Source of the DNA: Candidatus Multivoradales bacterium
GTDB lineage: Bacteria; Acidobacteriota; Thermoanaerobaculia; Multivoradales; JAHEKO01
Assembly: GCA_965223855.1 (NCBI GenBank)
Contig: CBDCXM010000009.1
Span: forward strand, 2,912,001 to 2,976,000
DNA: 64,000 nucleotides
Reading direction: 5' to 3'
Positions 50,515-59,508 of this stretch are shown here, piece by piece. The first letter of the stretch is position 1. The number at the start of each line of letters is the position of its first letter. The position numbers were made by a program, and so were the translations under genes. Under the pieces are notes generated by a model. That model saw nothing but the letters and a program-made list of their open reading frames with translations. It was not told the DNA's origin and ran no database searches.

Positions 50515-51927
50515 TCAGTCGCTCCCCGGGAGGATTTTCCCGGGATTGAGGATTCCCAGTGGGTCGAAGCATCGCTTGATCCCGTCCAGGAGCCCGAGCG
50601 CGGACTCGTCGAGAGCGGTGGTCAGGTGTCGGCGCTGCGTCCAGCCGATTCCGTGCTCGCCGGTGACCGCACCTCCCAGAGCGAGGACCCCGGCGACGAG
50701 GGCATCCTCGGCGGCCGTCCGGCGCAGCTCCCACTCGGAATCGGGCAGATCTCCCCGCAGCAGATTGACGTGCAGATTGCCGTCGCCGGCGTGTCCGTAG
50801 CAGACCGCAACCAATCGCTGCCCGCCCGCGGCGCGGTACGCCAAGGCCGCCAACTCTCCGACCCGGCTGCGCGGTACGACGGCATCGACCTCCTTGTAGC
50901 TCGATCGCTTCCGAACCGCGGGTGCCACACCCTCCCGCAGGTTCCACAACCTGCGCCTGTCCCGGGGATCCACTGCGACAGCGGACTCCGAGGCGCCGGT
51001 CGCGACGGCGATCTGCTGCGCCGCTTCGAGAAGGGCCTCGTCCTCCTCCCCGTCGAGGTCGAGGAGCAGCAGGCTCGACGCCTCGGGCAGCACGCTCACG
51101 TCGAGGTCCTCGCGGACCAGTGTCAGGGCGCTCTCGTCGAGCAGCTCGCAGGCCGCCACGTCGACCTCCCCGGAGAAGCACGCAGGGACGGCGCCGGCGG
51201 CCACCGCCACCGAAGGGAAGCCGAGCGCGACGGTAAGGCGCGCCCGCGGCGGTCTGATCAGGCGCAGCGTAGCGGCGGTGAGCACCGCCAGCGTGCCTTC
51301 GGATCCCACCAGCAGCTGGGTCAGATCGTAGCCGGTGGCGTCCTTGCGATTGCGCCCGCCGGTGTCGAGCAGCGATCCATCGGCCAGGACCGCTTCGAGG
51401 CCGAGGACGTATCGACGCGTCGTGCCGTAGAGGCACGAGTGGGGGCCGGCGGAGTCCTCGGCGAGGTTTCCTCCGAGCAGGCAGGTCTCCCTGCTGGCGG
51501 GGTCGGGAGGGTAGTAGAGCCCCCTCTCGGCCGCGGCCCGCTGGAGATCCGCGGTGCGCACTCCTGCCTCGACGATGGCGACCTGATCGTCGGCGTCGAT
51601 CTCGCGGATGCGGTTCATCCGCTCGAGCGACAGCGCCACGCCGCCATGCACCGGCAAGGCACCGCCCGAGAGGCCGGTGCGGGCGCCCTGGGGGGTCACC
51701 GGAATCCGGTAGTGCGAGGCCCAACCGAGGAGATCCGCGACCTCTTCGCGGCTTTCCGGCCACGCCACGACCGCGGGAGGAAAGCAGTGAGTTTCGGTCT
51801 CGTCCCGGCCGTAGCCGTCGAGACGGTCAGCCTCGGTGGAGTAGGAGTCTGCCGGTATCAGGCTCGACAGCTCCGCGAGCGCCTCGGCGGAGACGGTGGT
51901 CGTCGGCGCTGGCGGTACGTCCGACAC
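50515..51927 (-). CDS. FAD-linked oxidase (GlcD / D-lactate dehydrogenase family)
   Basis: GARTGLSGG, YPPDPAS, GSEGTL, GHAGDGNLH, GEHGIG, DPLGILNPGK; start approximate. Confidence 0.92.
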   Translation of the reverse strand: MSDVPPAPTTTVSAEALAELSSLIPADSYSTEADRLDGYGRDETETHCFPPAVVAWPESREEVADLLGWASHYRIPVTPQGARTGLSGGALPVHGGVALSLERMNRIREIDADDQVAIVEAGVRTADLQRAAAERGLYYPPDPASRETCLLGGNLAEDSAGPHSCLYGTTRRYVLGLEAVLADGSLLDTGGRNRKDATGYDLTQLLVGSEGTLAVLTAATLRLIRPPRARLTVALGFPSVAVAAGAVPACFSGEVDVAACELLDESALTLVREDLDVSVLPEASSLLLLDLDGEEDEALLEAAQQIAVATGASESAVAVDPRDRRRLWNLREGVAPAVRKRSSYKEVDAVVPRSRVGELAALAYRAAGGQRLVAVCYGHAGDGNLHVNLLRGDLPDSEWELRRTAAEDALVAGVLALGGAVTGEHGIGWTQRRHLTTALDESALGLLDGIKRCFDPLGILNPGKILPGSD

Positions 51928-51964
51928 GGCGTCGGTATCGTATAGAAGCCCGAATGGAGGAACG

Positions 51965-52762
51965 ATGACCACTCGAACTCTCTCGCCAAGAACGATGCTC
52001 GGCCTGCTCCTTGCCGTCACCCCCTGGATCGCCGTCGCGGGCTGGGCGCAGGCACCGGCGCCTGATGCAGGCACCGATTGGAACGCCGACTGGAACGCCG
52101 TGCTGTCGATGCACTGGGAAGACGGCGGCCTCGACTATGCCGCTCTCGCTTCGGATCGAGCCCCGCTCGATCGTTACCTCGGGAGACTGCGCGACACCGA
52201 TGCCGGAGGCCTGAGCGACGACGAGGAACTCGCCTTCTGGATCAACGCCTACAACGCCGTCACGGTTCACCATGTGCTCGAGCGCTATCCCGGCATCGAG
52301 TCGGTGAGGAACGTCGACGGCTTTTTCGACGAGCTCATGTTCGAGGTAGCGGGAGAGAACCTGACGCTCGACGAGATCGAGGACAAGGCGCTCGAGTCCG
52401 GAGATGAGAGGGTTCACTTCGCCGTCGTTTGCGCCTCCACCAGCTGCCCTGAATTGAGGCACGAGGCATACGACGGCTCGCGCCTCGAAGCTCAGCTCGC
52501 CGACCAGACCACGCAGTTCCTCGCGGATACCGGGAAGGGACTGCGCTACGACGCCGAAGACGAGCGTCTCTACCTCTCTTCGATCTTCAAGTGGTACGCG
52601 GGCGACTTCACCGGCGGCAGCACCGTGGTCGCGTTCTTCGCGCGCGGCAAGGTGATCGACTGGCTGTTGCCGCGGCTGCCGGAGGCGCTCGCGAGCCGCA
52701 TCCGCGCCGACGATCCTTCGGTCAGTTACATGGACTACGATTGGAGCCTCAACGACCGTTGA
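51965..52762 (+). CDS. DUF547 domain secreted protein
   Basis: Signal peptide; LAFWINAYNA, HFAVVCASTSCP, LSSIFKWY..DF, YDWSLN; GGAGG SD. Confidence 0.9.
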   Translation: MTTRTLSPRTMLGLLLAVTPWIAVAGWAQAPAPDAGTDWNADWNAVLSMHWEDGGLDYAALASDRAPLDRYLGRLRDTDAGGLSDDEELAFWINAYNAVTVHHVLERYPGIESVRNVDGFFDELMFEVAGENLTLDEIEDKALESGDERVHFAVVCASTSCPELRHEAYDGSRLEAQLADQTTQFLADTGKGLRYDAEDERLYLSSIFKWYAGDFTGGSTVVAFFARGKVIDWLLPRLPEALASRIRADDPSVSYMDYDWSLNDR

Positions 52763-52769
52763 GGCTTCG

Positions 52770-53568
52770 ATGATCCCCGAGCTCATCCAGATTGGTCCGT
52801 TCAGCATCAGCCCGTTCGGGCCGGCGATGGTGGTCGCGTTTCTCGTGGCCTGGGCGCAGCTCCGTTGGGGCCTGCGGCAGGTAGATCTGTTCGACGAAGA
52901 GAACGCCAGTGCCCTCCTGCTCGCCGCCGGCGTCGGCGGAGTCCTCGGTGCCAAGCTCTATTACACCGCGCTCTACGGCGACTGGTCGCTGCTGTTCTCC
53001 CGCTCCGGTCTCGTCTGGTACGGCGGACTGATCGGCGGCACGCTGGCCGTTCTGTGGACCGCACGCAAGCGCGGTCTTGCCGATGCTGCCCGTGGCCGAC
53101 GTCGGGACTGCCGCGGTGGCGGCCGGGTACGGCGTCGGCCGGATCGGCTGCTTCCTCGTCGGCGACGACTACGGCATCGCGACCCGGCTGCCCTGGGGGG
53201 TCGCCTTCCCATACGGCCTCCCTTACCCCACGACGGCGGAGATGATGGAGCCTTTCGGGGGCGCTCTGCCGCCGGGTGCCAGCGGCGCGGAACTCGTGCC
53301 GGTCCACCCGACGCAGCTCTACGAGACGCTCGCGGCGTTCGCCATCCTCTGGCTGTGCCGGCGGCTGTTGCAGAGAGGATCGGAGCCCGGTCTGACGGCG
53401 ACGGTCGGATTGAGCCTCCTCTCCCTCGAGCGCTTCCTCGTCGAGTTCGTCCGCGCGAAGGACGACCGTCTCCTCGGCACCTTCACCCTCGCGCAGGGGA
53501 TCAGCGTCCTCGTCATCGCGCTCCTGTTGTGGCTGTGGAGCCGCCGCCGGCGCTTGGCACCGGCCTGA
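52770..53568 (+). CDS. lgt: Prolipoprotein diacylglyceryl transferase, split by a +1 frameshift near 53077 as sequenced
   Basis: GLVWYGGLIGG in first frame; GRIGCFLVGDDYG, HPTQLYE and RFLVEFVR in shifted frame. Confidence 0.9.
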
Positions 53569-53572
53569 GGCC

Positions 53573-54334
53573 ATGGCGTCCCTGCTGCTCGTCGGCTCGA
53601 CCGATTCGAGTGGCGGTGCCGGACTCGGCGCCGATTGGTCCGCCGCGATCGAAGGCGGTCACTTCGGACCTCGCCTGGCCGTTTCGGCAGTGACGGTGCA
53701 GGACGCCGATCGCTGGACCGAAGTCGAGCCGGTTTCGGGACGCCTCCTCGAGAGACAGCTCGAGGCGGCCGGCGAACCGGCGGCCGTCAAGATCGGCCTC
53801 CTCGGCGCGGCAGAGCATGTCTCGATCGTCGCGGCGTGGCTCTCGACCCGTCGGATCCCGTCGGTCTTCGACCCGGTCCTTGCGACTTCGGCCGGTGCGC
53901 GGCTCGCGAGCGACGACACCGTAGCCGCCGTGGTGAGCGAGCTGCTGCCGGCGGTGACTGTGGCGACCCCCAATCGCCCCGAATGCAGAGCGCTGGCGAA
54001 GGTCGCCGGGATTGGACACGAAACCGCCGAAGCGTCGGCCGCCGCGTTGACCTCGCTCGGATGCGCGGTTCTGCTGAAGGGTGGGCATCAGTCGAGCCCG
54101 GAGTCGATCGATCTGCTGTTCACTCCTGGCGGTCGCGAGCCCGTGCGCTACGTGTACCCGAGGAGACACGCCCGTCCTGTGCGAGGCACAGGCTGTCGAC
54201 TGGCGGCTGGAATTGCGATCGCTCTGGCACGGGGAGAGACGCTCACCGATGCCGTGGAGGTGGCGGGCAAGGCCCTCCAGGAGGCCTGGAGTCGCGGTTC
54301 CCTTCCGGAAGCAGCGGAGAAGGAGCCGTCCTGA
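53573..54334 (+). CDS. thiD: Hydroxymethylpyrimidine/phosphomethylpyrimidine kinase
   Basis: DSSGGAGLGAD, VTVQD, VKIG, DPVL, TPNRPE, LLKGGH, RGTGC. Confidence 0.85.
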   Translation: MASLLLVGSTDSSGGAGLGADWSAAIEGGHFGPRLAVSAVTVQDADRWTEVEPVSGRLLERQLEAAGEPAAVKIGLLGAAEHVSIVAAWLSTRRIPSVFDPVLATSAGARLASDDTVAAVVSELLPAVTVATPNRPECRALAKVAGIGHETAEASAAALTSLGCAVLLKGGHQSSPESIDLLFTPGGREPVRYVYPRRHARPVRGTGCRLAAGIAIALARGETLTDAVEVAGKALQEAWSRGSLPEAAEKEPS

Positions 54335-54425
54335 GCCTCGGGAGGCACGAGAGTTGCTTTCAACTGTGAACGTAGGTCCTGGAAGGCTGGCCTCGGCCCG
54401 CCGATCGAACCGAAGGAGTCACCCA

Positions 54426-56066
54426 ATGCCGACGATCTCTCGCTCCGCAGCTCTCGCGAGCGCCCTGCTGCTGGCCTGGGCGGCTCATCACCCCTCGACG
54501 GCCCAGGAAGCGACGCCTTCCGAAGGAGCGCCGTTCTCCGAGGTCGTCGACGTCCGGGTGGTCAACCTGGAGGTCGTCGTGACCGACCGCGACGGCGTTC
54601 CGGTGCGGGGGCTCGGACCTGACGATCTGGTGCTCGAAGTCGATGGGGAGGAGACCTCGATCGACTACTTCACCGAGGTCCAGGGCGGGCGAGCCGTCAC
54701 CACGGGATCGGGAGGCGGCTCGGCCCTGCCCACCGTGCCGGCGATCGTCAAAGGGGAGGCCCTGGAGACCAGCTACCTGGTCTTCATCGACGACTACTTC
54801 GCCTTCGAGGACGACCGGAATCGCGCCCTCGACGGCATCGTCGCCGACCTCGGCCTCCTCGGCGAAGGTGACCGCATGGCTGTGGTCGCCTTCGACGGGC
54901 GCCGGATCGACATGCTGTCGAGTTGGAGCCGCTCCGTTCTCGAGCTCGAGCGGGTCTTCGAGGATGCGCGACGTCGCCCGGCTCGCGGCCTCCAGAGGCT
55001 CGCCGAGCTGCGCCAGCTCGAGGTCGGGGCACCGGCACGGCCCCTCGGCCTCGCCGAGCGGGTCGACCCGGAGACGAAGGCGTTCGTCCTGCGACTCGCC
55101 GACCAGGTCGACCGGCTGGTCGACGGAGCCGCTGCCACGATGCGCGGCTTCGCCATGCCGCCGGGCCGCAAGGTCCTGCTGCTGGTGACCGGCGGCTGGC
55201 CCTACCGGCCGACCGAGTTCGTGACCGGCGACCCCGTCGTGCGGACCGAGCTCGCGCTCGCCGAGGGGGAAGAGCTCTTCGCCCCGCTGGCGGACACCGC
55301 CAATCTCCTCGGATACACGATCTACCCGATCGACACCTCGGGTCACGGTACCCGCTGGACGGAGGCGCCGGGTGCCGCGAGTCGGGCGACGCCGGGTAAC
55401 AGCGACCTGGCCTTCTATCGCCGCACCGAGCGTCAGAACAGCTCCCGATTCGTAGCCAGGGCGACAGGGGGCAGAGCGCTCTTCTTCGACGACGCCGAGC
55501 AGGGCTTCGCGCAGGCCGTCGCCGACACCCGCTCCTTTTACTGGCTCGGCTTCACGCCCCAACGCTCCTGGGACGACGAAGAGCACGAGATCTCCGTCCG
55601 TGCGCGCAGCCGGGATCTCGAGGTGCGCTCCCGGGAGAGCTTCCTCGACAGTTCGCGATCGGCGGAGGTGACGATGCAGGTGGAGAGCGCCCTGCTCTTC
55701 GGCTCGCTCTACGAGGCTCCGGAGCTCGAGGTCACGGTCGGTGAGTGGCGCAAGGCCGGCTTCCGCAAGATGGAATTGCCCCTGACCCTCAGCCTTCCGC
55801 TCTCCGCTCTCACGTTCATCGAGAGCGGCGACCGTCTGGTCGCCGAGGTCGAGGTCAGGCTCGCCGTGCAGGACGAACTCTCCAACCGCGCGGCGGTGCC
55901 GGTGATCCCGCTCCGACTCGAATCTCCCGGCCGGCCGGGTGCGGAGGAGCAGTGGAGGTACACGGTTCCGCTCAAGCTGCGGCGCAAGCCGCACGACGCG
56001 CTCGTCGCGGTCTACGATGTCGGCAGTGGTAGAATCCTCACGTCGGGAGTCGAGATCCGGCCATAG
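54426..56066 (+). CDS. Secreted acidobacterial VWA-related domain protein
   Basis: Signal peptide; VDVRVVNLEVVVTDRDG, PGRKVLLLV, ATGG, YWLGF. Confidence 0.85.
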   Translation: MPTISRSAALASALLLAWAAHHPSTAQEATPSEGAPFSEVVDVRVVNLEVVVTDRDGVPVRGLGPDDLVLEVDGEETSIDYFTEVQGGRAVTTGSGGGSALPTVPAIVKGEALETSYLVFIDDYFAFEDDRNRALDGIVADLGLLGEGDRMAVVAFDGRRIDMLSSWSRSVLELERVFEDARRRPARGLQRLAELRQLEVGAPARPLGLAERVDPETKAFVLRLADQVDRLVDGAAATMRGFAMPPGRKVLLLVTGGWPYRPTEFVTGDPVVRTELALAEGEELFAPLADTANLLGYTIYPIDTSGHGTRWTEAPGAASRATPGNSDLAFYRRTERQNSSRFVARATGGRALFFDDAEQGFAQAVADTRSFYWLGFTPQRSWDDEEHEISVRARSRDLEVRSRESFLDSSRSAEVTMQVESALLFGSLYEAPELEVTVGEWRKAGFRKMELPLTLSLPLSALTFIESGDRLVAEVEVRLAVQDELSNRAAVPVIPLRLESPGRPGAEEQWRYTVPLKLRRKPHDALVAVYDVGSGRILTSGVEIRP

Positions 56067-56146
56067 TGCTCCGCCGATCTCACCTCCGTCCCTCCCCGGG
56101 CCGAGCCCCCAAGACAACCCACGTTTTCCACCGGAAGAGAACGACG

Positions 56147-57870
56147 ATGTTCAAACTTCGCTCTACCCTCGCTTGCCTCCTGTTGCTGATGACGGCGCCG
56201 TTGGCGGCCCAGGAACCCGCACCCGCAGAACTGCCCGAGGATGCCGGCCCGAGAGAGTTCTTCGACACCTTCGACGTCAACCTCGTGAATCTGGAGGTGT
56301 TCGTCACCGACAAGCAGGGCAACCCGATCACCGGCCTGACGAAGGACGACTTCGAGATCCTGGAGGACGGCCGGCCGGTGACGATCACCAACTTCTACAC
56401 GGTCGAGGACGGCGTGCCGAGTGCAGCCGCCGAACCGGTGGAGGTCGCGCAGGCGGCCCTCGAGCTCGAGGACGGACTCCCCGGCCAGCTGCAGAAGATC
56501 GAGATTCCGGAGGACCAGCGGCTCTACCTGATCGTCTACATCGACAACTTCAACATCCGTCCGTTCAACCGCAACCGAGTGTTCCGCCGGCTCCGCGAGT
56601 TCCTCACCGACAAGCTGGGGCCGGACGACAGGGTGATGCTCGTCTCCTACGATCGCTCGCTTCACTACCGGCACCCGTTCACGAGCGACCCCGAGCTGAT
56701 CGCCCGGGCCACGTTCGAGCTCGAGGAGATGTCGGGCCATGCGGTGCATGCCGACTCGGATCGTCGCGACATCCTCCGCGAGATCGCAGAAGCGGAGTCG
56801 GTCGGCGAAGTCGAGTGGCGGGTGAGGACGTTCGCCGAGTCGCAGTTCAACGACCTGAGCTTCTCGGTCGGGGCGATGGAAGAACTGATCGACAGTCTCG
56901 CCGGCCTGCCGGGACGCAAGGCGATGCTCTATGTCAGTGACGGTCTGCCGGCGAGCGCGGGCGAAGACATGTTCTACGCCATGCATCGACAGTTCAAGGA
57001 CAGCATCTCGCTGACGACCGCGATGGAATTCAACGCCAGCAAACTCTTCGGCGCGCTGACCAACAAGGCGAACGCAACCGGGTCACCTTCTACACGATCG
57101 ATGCCGCCGGCCTCCGTGTATCGGGCGGGGTGACGGCCGAAGTGGCAACCGCGGGTGAGGCGGGACTGGCCGGGTTCATCGACTCGGTCTACGTCGGCAA
57201 CCTGCAGGCGCCGCTGCTGAGAATGGCGGAGGAGACGGGCGGGCAGGCGATCATCAACGCCAACGACGTCGGCGATGGGCTGAGCCGGTTCGCTACCGAC
57301 TTCCGCACCTACTACTCGCTCGGCTACGTGCCGGCCCACAGCGGCGACGGGCGCTACTACGAGGTCGAGGTGCGCCTGAAAGAGAAGCAGAAAGGCGTGA
57401 AGATCCGGCATCGCGCCGGCTACCGCGACAAGCCGATGAACACCCGGATGAGCGACGGGGCCATGGCGACCCTGGTCTACGACTTCCAGGACAACCCGCT
57501 CGACGTTCGCATCGAGATCGAGAGCATGCGGCCGGACGACGGGGATCCCGGGAAGTACTCGCTCGTGGACGTGCTGGTCGCCATCCCGATCTCGCAGCTC
57601 GAGCTGGTCGAGATCGGCGAGGTCAACGTGGCGCAGACCAAACTGTTCCTGGCCGCGATGGACTCGGAGGGAGGGACTTCCGACGTGTCCGAGGTGCCGA
57701 TCAACTTGAGGATTCCCAACGGCGAAGTCGACACGGCACGCGACCAGCTCTACCCCTACCGGGTGACTCTCCGCATGCGGCGAGGGCCGCATCGGCTGGC
57801 GGTCGGTTTCGTCGACGAGATCGGCTCTGAGCGTTCCTTCGTCAGCCGCAGCTTCACGGTCGGCAGTTGA
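56147..57870 (+). CDS. Secreted acidobacterial VWA-related domain protein, split by a 1-nt deletion near 57075 as sequenced
   Basis: VNLVNLEVFVTDKQG and LPGRKAMLYVSDG; then shifted-frame NRVTFYTIDAAG, AEETGG, YYSLGY, RHRAGY. Confidence 0.85.
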
Positions 57871-58292
57871 TGGCGGGCCGCCGCTGGAGGGAGCGGATCG
57901 CCGACGTCGGCTCGGCGCTGCTCGACGTCTGGCGGGCGGAACTGGCGTCGCTGGCGGAGGAGCTGAGAGCCTCGGGCCGGAACCTCAAGGGCGGCGTCGT
58001 CCTCCTCTGCCTCTCGGGAGCACTCCTTTTCTGGACACTCGGCCTCCTGGTGTGGACCGTGCTGGCGCTGCTCGAGACCTGGCTCGAGGAGTGGCAGGCG
58101 GGCCTGGTGCTCTTCGCCGTCCTCGCCGTCGCGACGCTGTGCTCGTTCCTTGCGGCGAGAGCACGCCTGCGCCGCGCCGAGAATCCCGTCGCCATGGTTC
58201 GCCGCCGTGGCCGGGAGCACGGCGAGTGGGTGCAGCGCAATCTGCTGGGTGGCGGCGAGGGAGACACCGACTCCGACGGGCCCGAGGCATGA
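57870..58292 (+). CDS. YqjE/phage-holin-like two-TM membrane protein
   Basis: Amphipathic N-helix (RAELASLAEEL) followed by two TM helices and a basic tail. Confidence 0.7.
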   Translation: MAGRRWRERIADVGSALLDVWRAELASLAEELRASGRNLKGGVVLLCLSGALLFWTLGLLVWTVLALLETWLEEWQAGLVLFAVLAVATLCSFLAARARLRRAENPVAMVRRRGREHGEWVQRNLLGGGEGDTDSDGPEA

Positions 58293-58507
58293 GCCGCGAC
58301 GAACTCGTTCGCTCCCGCCGGCGCGCCGTCACCGCACTGGAGGACCTGCGCTCCGGGCTCGAGGGCTCTCTGGGGTTGCGCTGGAAGCGCGCGGCGTGGA
58401 CCGGGCTGGCCGCCGCGTTCTGTGTCGGCGTCGCTCTCGGCGGCAGGTGGCTGGCGAAGAGAGCCCGCTCCGGCAGTGCCGGCGGGAGAGACGCACCCGG
58501 CTCCTGA
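58289..58507 (+). CDS. Small single-TM hypothetical protein
   Basis: ATGA overlap with upstream gene; short helix then TM (AAFCVGVALGG). Confidence 0.6.
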   Translation: MSRDELVRSRRRAVTALEDLRSGLEGSLGLRWKRAAWTGLAAAFCVGVALGGRWLAKRARSGSAGGRDAPGS

Positions 58508-58523
58508 GACGGAGCCGTACAGG

Positions 58524-58715
58524 CTAGGAGTGTTCCGCCGGCCGCTTGAAGACCATGGCGATGTTGTCCGTCGCCCCGCTCTTGAAGTTCACCGACGTGA
58601 TGGACACCAGCTCCCACCCCTCGCTGCCGAGCCGATTCATCGCCTCCGCCGCGTTCGGATCGAGCCGATAGTTCTCGCTGCGGATGTTGATGATCTTGTA
58701 CTCCCATGCGGTCAT
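58524..58715 (-). CDS. DUF4177 domain small protein
   Basis: WEYKII ... MNRLGSEGWELVS ... FKRP pattern; AAGGGGG SD. Confidence 0.85.
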   Translation of the reverse strand: MTAWEYKIINIRSENYRLDPNAAEAMNRLGSEGWELVSITSVNFKSGATDNIAMVFKRPAEHS

Positions 58716-58827
58716 CGACGCACCCCCTTTTCGGGTCGCCCGTTTCGATCGTCTGAAGCGGGAGTTCCCGATCAGTCTATCGCACGGCCTCGTCGCAACC
58801 GCTTGCAGACCAACGCCGGCAGCGCGT

Positions 58828-58833
58828 TAGCAT
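58828..58833 (+). promoter_or_regulatory. -10 box of predicted leaderless DUF2064-nnr-tsaE transcript
   Basis: TAGCAT followed by 6 nt then GTG 58840; no SD. Confidence 0.55.
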
Positions 58834-58839
58834 CACCCC

Positions 58840-59508
58840 GTGAGCGCCCGCCCGATCGTCCTCCTGTACACGAAACCCGCGGTCCCCGGCCGCGTCAAGA
58901 CCCGCCTGATCGGGACGGTGACATCCGAGCAGGCGGCTCAGTTGCACGCCGCGTTCCTCGAAGACGTCACGATGACTCTCGAAGGGACCAGTGCCGAGCT
59001 GCAGATCGCCTGGGCTCTGGAGGACGGGGAGTCCCTGCCCGAAACTTCCCATCCAGGCTTCCGGCAGGAGGGCCAAGGGCTGGGTGAGAGGCTCTGGAAC
59101 GGGCTGTCGCTGGCTGCCGAGAGGGCTCCCCTGGTGGCCGCGGTGGGAAGCGATCATCCCGAGATGCCGGCGAGTCGGCTGGAAGAGGCCTTTCGCCGGC
59201 TCCGCGGCGGCGCCGATGTCGTCCTGGGGCCGGCGGAGGACGGAGGCTACTACCTCGTCGCGGTCCGCCGGGAGGGGCTTCGGCAAGAGCTCTTCGACGG
59301 TATCCCGTGGAGCACGAGCGGGGTACTCGCCGCCACCCTCGAACGAGCCGATGCGCTCGGCCTGTCGGTCGAACTCCTGGAAGAGGGTACGGACGTCGAC
59401 GACGCCGCCGATCTCGAGCGCCTCGCGGCGCTGCTTGCCACCGAGCCGGCGCTGTGCCCGTCGACGTCGAGGCTGTTGCAGGGATGGCGCGAGGGGAGTC
59501 GCCGATGA
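58840..59508 (+). CDS. DUF2064 / TIGR04282-type nucleotide-sugar transferase-like protein
   Basis: KP.VPGRVKTRL, Q.G..LGERL, GSDHP, VLGPAEDGGYYL, IPWST, DVDD..DL. Confidence 0.88.
   Translation: MSARPIVLLYTKPAVPGRVKTRLIGTVTSEQAAQLHAAFLEDVTMTLEGTSAELQIAWALEDGESLPETSHPGFRQEGQGLGERLWNGLSLAAERAPLVAAVGSDHPEMPASRLEEAFRRLRGGADVVLGPAEDGGYYLVAVRREGLRQELFDGIPWSTSGVLAATLERADALGLSVELLEEGTDVDDAADLERLAALLATEPALCPSTSRLLQGWREGSRR

Noticed and set aside
49343-51763. 806-aa ORF suggesting a long N-terminal extension on the DHH protein
   Set aside because: The extension is an alternate frame of the FAD oxidase; the real start is ATG 50416 with an upstream -10 box
57870-58292. Holin-like gene as a sign of prophage
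   Set aside because: YqjE-type membrane proteins are common cellular genes, and no phage structural, lysin or integrase genes are nearby
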